Below, piece by piece: positions 58,408-64,000 of a stretch of 64,000 nt of DNA. The DNA is taken from contig OZ024749.1 in assembly GCA_964016885.1 (NCBI GenBank), positions 46,252,001-46,316,000 of the forward strand, written 5' to 3'. Source of the stretch: Eledone cirrhosa (lineage: Eukaryota). The position numbers and the translations under genes are program-made. Positions within the stretch are counted from its first letter, which is position 1. Every line of letters begins with the position of its first letter. A model generated the notes under the pieces. That model was not told the DNA's origin. It saw nothing but the letters and a program-made list of their open reading frames with translations, and made no database searches.

Positions 58408-59008
58408 GTGTGTGTGTGTGTGTATATATAGATAGATATATAGTATAAGTGTAGAAATACAGAGGTTCATTAATACATGTTCTGTTTGAACAAGTTACTA
58501 AAACTTCTGTTGACCAATTTGATGTTGGGTCGTTCTTTCGTGTTCTCTAACCATTAGTAATTGACAATAATGAAATGTAATATTTTTCTCTCTCTCACAT
58601 CCACATATGCATATGTATTAATGCATGCAAGGTTACTGACGAGATATTGGGTTTCGATTCTTTCAGCGATAGAGAGTGCTTATCCAAATATCGTTGACCA
58701 AAGCAATTGGTCAGCTGGACATTAAGGCTCCGTAGCAAATAATGTGTTACGGTCCTGTAACCGTTTGTAAGCATTAATAGTTTTCGACCGGATGAACAAG
58801 GCCGTAGAGGTTTTAATTCGACTTGCATAAATGGCAGCAATTCTCAGCAGAGTGTAACCATGCGATTCGTGACGAAGACTTGTGCTCGAATATGTGTATG
58901 CGAGATATATGTATGCGGTTCTAAACTTCTTTACGCTTAGAAAGTTATGCCTTACTCACTGTCATACACACATGTCCGTAATATCACTATATGTGAGAGT
59001 GTGCAAGC

Positions 59009-59208
59009 NNNNNNNNNNNNNNNNNNNNNNNNNNNNNNNNNNNNNNNNNNNNNNNNNNNNNNNNNNNNNNNNNNNNNNNNNNNNNNNNNNNNNNNNNNNN
59101 NNNNNNNNNNNNNNNNNNNNNNNNNNNNNNNNNNNNNNNNNNNNNNNNNNNNNNNNNNNNNNNNNNNNNNNNNNNNNNNNNNNNNNNNNNNNNNNNNNNN
59201 NNNNNNNN
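59009..59208. other. Assembly gap (exactly 200 N, scaffold join)
   Basis: The round-number N run suggests an arbitrary gap size; continuity across it is not guaranteed. Confidence 0.98.
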
Positions 59209-59503
59209 AGAAACAACATGAAAACATTAACAACAACAACAGCAACAACAATAAGAGCAAAATCAACCTCTTAACTTTTGTAGTCTCAGGACATACCAGA
59301 GACAAATTTCGGTGTTTAGAATATTGATTTGTGAGAAATCAATACCTGGACGCTGATTGCAATATAAAAACTGTCTGCTGTCCGAATAGTATTTAGACGA
59401 GAATGACTTATTGGTATCATCCTAAATACATGTGATAGGAGAAACTATTTTATCAACACAACCATCATCATTGATACCACTATAACCACCGACATTAGTC
59501 ACA

Positions 59504-59592
59504 ACACCACTAACACCACTAACACCACTAACACGTCTAATGCCACTAACACCACTAACACCATTAACACCACTAACACCACTAACACCACT
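59504..59592. repeat. 9-bp tandem repeat (acaccacta)n
   Basis: About 9-10 units. Confidence 0.85.
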
Positions 59593-60012
59593 ATTGCTAC
59601 AGTCAATAACAAAACGGAACGAAACGTCACCCATATCAGTCGTATAATTCACAGCACCAGAAATACCACACTTACATATGGTAGGAGAAACTGCAAGCAG
59701 AGAATTCTCTTAGCCAAGATCAATGAACCAACTCCTGTCAAAGTGCGGCCCGCTTACTCTGACACAATTTAATACAAGGCAGTGCTTCAATATCGTCCCT
59801 GTGACATTTCTACACAAGTGGTATTTGGAGAAATTGAGGAGAGATAGGCTGAAGAGGACAATTATGTCATGAATCTTTGAAAGCATATGTTTTAGAATAT
59901 GTCTCTGTGTGCTTGTTTATGACTATATATATATATATATATATAGTAATAATAATAAAATTGAAGACTAAAATCCAAAGAGGATTTGCTTAAACTTTAA
60001 TCTGTTATTTTA

Positions 60013-60064
<52 letters not shown>

Positions 60065-60081
60065 ATACAGAACGCATATAC

Positions 60082-60121
<40 letters not shown>

Positions 60122-60707
60122 ATATACTTGCAAACACACATAAATATATGTGCACGCCCATCAACGTTCTGGTATGTATTTGCATATTAAAGACAAATAC
60201 TCTCGCACGCACGTACAGACCCAGGAACACACATATACATTTGCTTCTAATTACATGGATCTATAGAAACAATACAATTTGATGGGCTTTACATGGTATA
60301 CGTCTTATGTGTACGTGGAGAAACTATAAGTGTGTAAGTGTGTATGTATCAAAGTAAGAAACATATACGAATGAAGAAATGTTAAAGCAACAAATTAGTC
60401 AAAGGCGTATAAAACGAACAGCTTCATCACAGCATGAACATGAAGAAAATATCAGAAAGAAAACAAAACAAATCCAGCAAGCATAACAGTAACAACAATA
60501 ACAATAGCAAATGAAGAGCAAGGAGGAGAAGAACAACAGCATGCAACAATGGAAAGTTAGGCCTCCTGTCAAATAATAAAATTCAACCAAAAGAAATTCA
60601 CAACTATATATAAGTTTGTGTAAATATATACTTATATATACATATATATTTATCTATAAATGTGTTTATATATATACATATATATACATATATATACATA
60701 TATATAC

Positions 60708-60820
<113 letters not shown>

Positions 60821-60934
60821 TATATAATTATATCTATCTATATATATGCATATGTATATATATTATATATATATATATTTGTGTGTCTGTGTGTATGTAA
60901 TATACTATATATATATAATGTTTTTGTGTATATG

Positions 60935-60986
<52 letters not shown>

Positions 60987-61342
60987 TTATATAAATATAT
61001 ACAAACACAAGTACACGTAAAAAGATGCTGCAAATACTAAAATCAAAACGAACTAAAACATAAAAATCACTGTTTAAAAATAAGAAAAAAAACATACACA
61101 CTAGCAACAACATAGTAAATTTAAAAAATAACAAATCGCCAAAGATGGAGAGAGATATCCTACTACAGAAAAAAAAAAACTATAATACACGTTTAAAAAC
61201 ACATTATAAGTAAATAAAAATTTAAAACGAAAAGACACCATTACGCTTAGAAAACATATATATGTATACATATGATCTTTTACATGCATATATATAAATT
61301 TATATATGTATATATATATATTTATATATATATAAATAAATG

Positions 61343-61375
<33 letters not shown>

Positions 61376-61407
61376 ATGTGTATACCTATATATATACATA
61401 TGTAATT

Positions 61408-61438
<31 letters not shown>

Positions 61439-61467
61439 GCATATAAGCATATATATATATATATACA

Positions 61468-61518
<51 letters not shown>

Positions 61519-61531
61519 TACATATATATAC

Positions 61532-61566
<35 letters not shown>

Positions 61567-61607
61567 TATAAAAGTACATATATATATATACATATATATG
61601 TACATAT

Positions 61608-61644
<37 letters not shown>

Positions 61645-61646
61645 CA

Positions 61647-61715
<69 letters not shown>

Positions 61716-61746
61716 TACATCCATATATATATATATATATACATCC

Positions 61747-61777
<31 letters not shown>

Positions 61778-61780
61778 TAC

Positions 61781-61812
<32 letters not shown>

Positions 61813-62136
61813 TATAAAGAAAAAAAAAGAAAGATAAATGATTGGTTACAGTTGCAGTCACCATATCGAAACCTTGTCTACTGTGAATGACTACAAGAGT
61901 GGTAATCAAGAAGCAAGAAATGTATTGTATGCATGGTTACAATCTATAGCCATCGAAAGAATTGGAGCTGATTCTATTTCACTGAATACAACATACTTGC
62001 ATACAATATGTAGTTAGTTAATCCTTCTCCTATTATTTTTTATTATCATTATTGTTATTGTTGTTCTGTTTGTTAGAGTCATTCTCGTTGCCGTTGTTGT
62101 TATTGCTGCTACTGTTGGATTTATTGTTATTTTTAC

Positions 62137-62188
<52 letters not shown>

Positions 62189-62201
62189 GTTGTTGTTGTT
62201 G

Positions 62202-62245
<44 letters not shown>

Positions 62246-62506
62246 TTATTTTATTTTTATTATTATTATTATTGTTATTTTAGTTGTTGTTGTTGTTGTT
62301 GTTGTTGTTGTTGCTGCTGCTGTTTTTGTTATTATTATCACAATTGTTTTGTTGAGGTGTCCTGGTCGTGTGTAATATATTTTGTATATTTTGTTATTAT
62401 TGTTATTATTTGTTTTGTTAAAATAAAAATATAGTATTTTTTTTTCTCTCTCTGCTATTGTCAATACACCTATTACATGACTGCTCGTGGTATATATACA
62501 TGAAAG

Positions 62507-62622
<116 letters not shown>

Positions 62623-62901
62623 CATAGAGAGAGAGGATGAGTGAGAGAAAGAGGGACAGGGGTAGAGAGATGCAAAAGATAACCACACTCACTCACACAC
62701 ACACATATATATGTTTGTGCATATGCATGCATGAATGTATATATGCATGTATGTATGCATACGTTGATGTTGTGCGTGGATATATTTTCCCAACTTTTAT
62801 TCGAACTATATGTCGAACTGGTGCACAACCGTATAAATATGTATATATACATATATATATATGTGTGTGTATGTGCGCGCGCATGTGTGTATATATATTT
62901 G

Positions 62902-63017
<116 letters not shown>

Positions 63018-63035
63018 TATATACATATATATATG

Positions 63036-63157
<122 letters not shown>

Positions 63158-63211
63158 TATATACATATATATATATACAAATATATATACATATATATAT
63201 ATATATACATA

Positions 63212-63249
<38 letters not shown>

Positions 63250-64000
63250 GAGAGCGAGCGATCAAGAGATAAAACGTGAGAGAGGGAGTGATGTGGAATT
63301 CACATAGACCATTGGTGGGAGGGAGGGAAGAGGGAAGAAAGAAAGAATGAAAGGAAGGAAAAGAGAGACTTAGAAAGAACATGAGGGAAAGGTTGAAAAG
63401 TTCTAAAGAGAGATGCAGGGGACATAGAGATGGAGAAAAAACATGTGTGACAGAGAGAATAACTAGGGAGTCGCAAGCAGAATCATACATATACATATAT
63501 ATAGTTGGTGAAACTCTCTAGGAAAGTTATCTTCTCTTGTTGATCTTTTTTGGAAATTCTTAACATTTATGTCTTTTATTTTCTTCTTGTTGTTGTTATT
63601 GCTGTAGCTGTTACTGTTGCTGTTGTTGTTGTTGTCGATGTTACTGTTGTGTTGTTGTTGTTGTTGTTGTTTTTCATTGTGTTATTTTTCTGTAAGCATT
63701 GTCTGATACTATAGTTCGTATGACAACAACGTCAACGAACCACCAAAAGACCAAAAGATTGCTTGAATCATGGAAAATGAACAATTGTCACACATCAAAG
63801 CTAAAGGAAAAGATCGAACTCGGGACTTCTGAAATACCTTTCATGGCTTGTATGATTTTAAAAAAAAAAAAAATAATAATAATAATAATAAAATAAAATA
63901 TAAATAAAGAAATAAAAAAAAAGAAGATGAAGAGCGATATTTAAAAAAAAAAAAAAAAAAGCAACCAATAGATATACAAAAAGACCCACAGAAACAATAA

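Overview
AT-rich, repeat-saturated eukaryotic non-coding DNA, most likely from an octopus or other coleoid cephalopod (inferred from the SINE and MITE families). I find no supportable intact protein-coding gene: nearly all listed ORFs are translations of (TA)n/(CA)n/(GA)n/(GGT)n/(CAT)n repeats. The window holds about 20 copies of a ~190-bp tRNA-type SINE (several with target-site duplications, three stacked at one site), other decayed SINEs, a TTAA-flanked piggyBac-like MITE, decayed LINE, Penelope and Tc1 coding remnants, minisatellites, and a 200-N scaffold gap. The most interesting signal is a set of short DNA islands wedged between (TA)n microsatellites. Many are long fold-back palindromes. 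Two of them (2955-3282, 37973-38158) carry a complete minimal type I hammerhead ribozyme (stem I - CUGAUGA - stem II - GAAA - tiny stem III - UA - stem I') in each arm, so one on each strand. A fifth complete hammerhead lies at 43267-43337 (-), and degenerate ones lie at ~22255 and ~43050-43130. A decayed GIY-YIG-like ORF sits upstream of one family member. I infer a (TA)n-associated, hammerhead-bearing Penelope-like or retrozyme-like system that leaves palindromic, two-polarity ribozyme cassettes. All folds and protein similarities were judged by eye.
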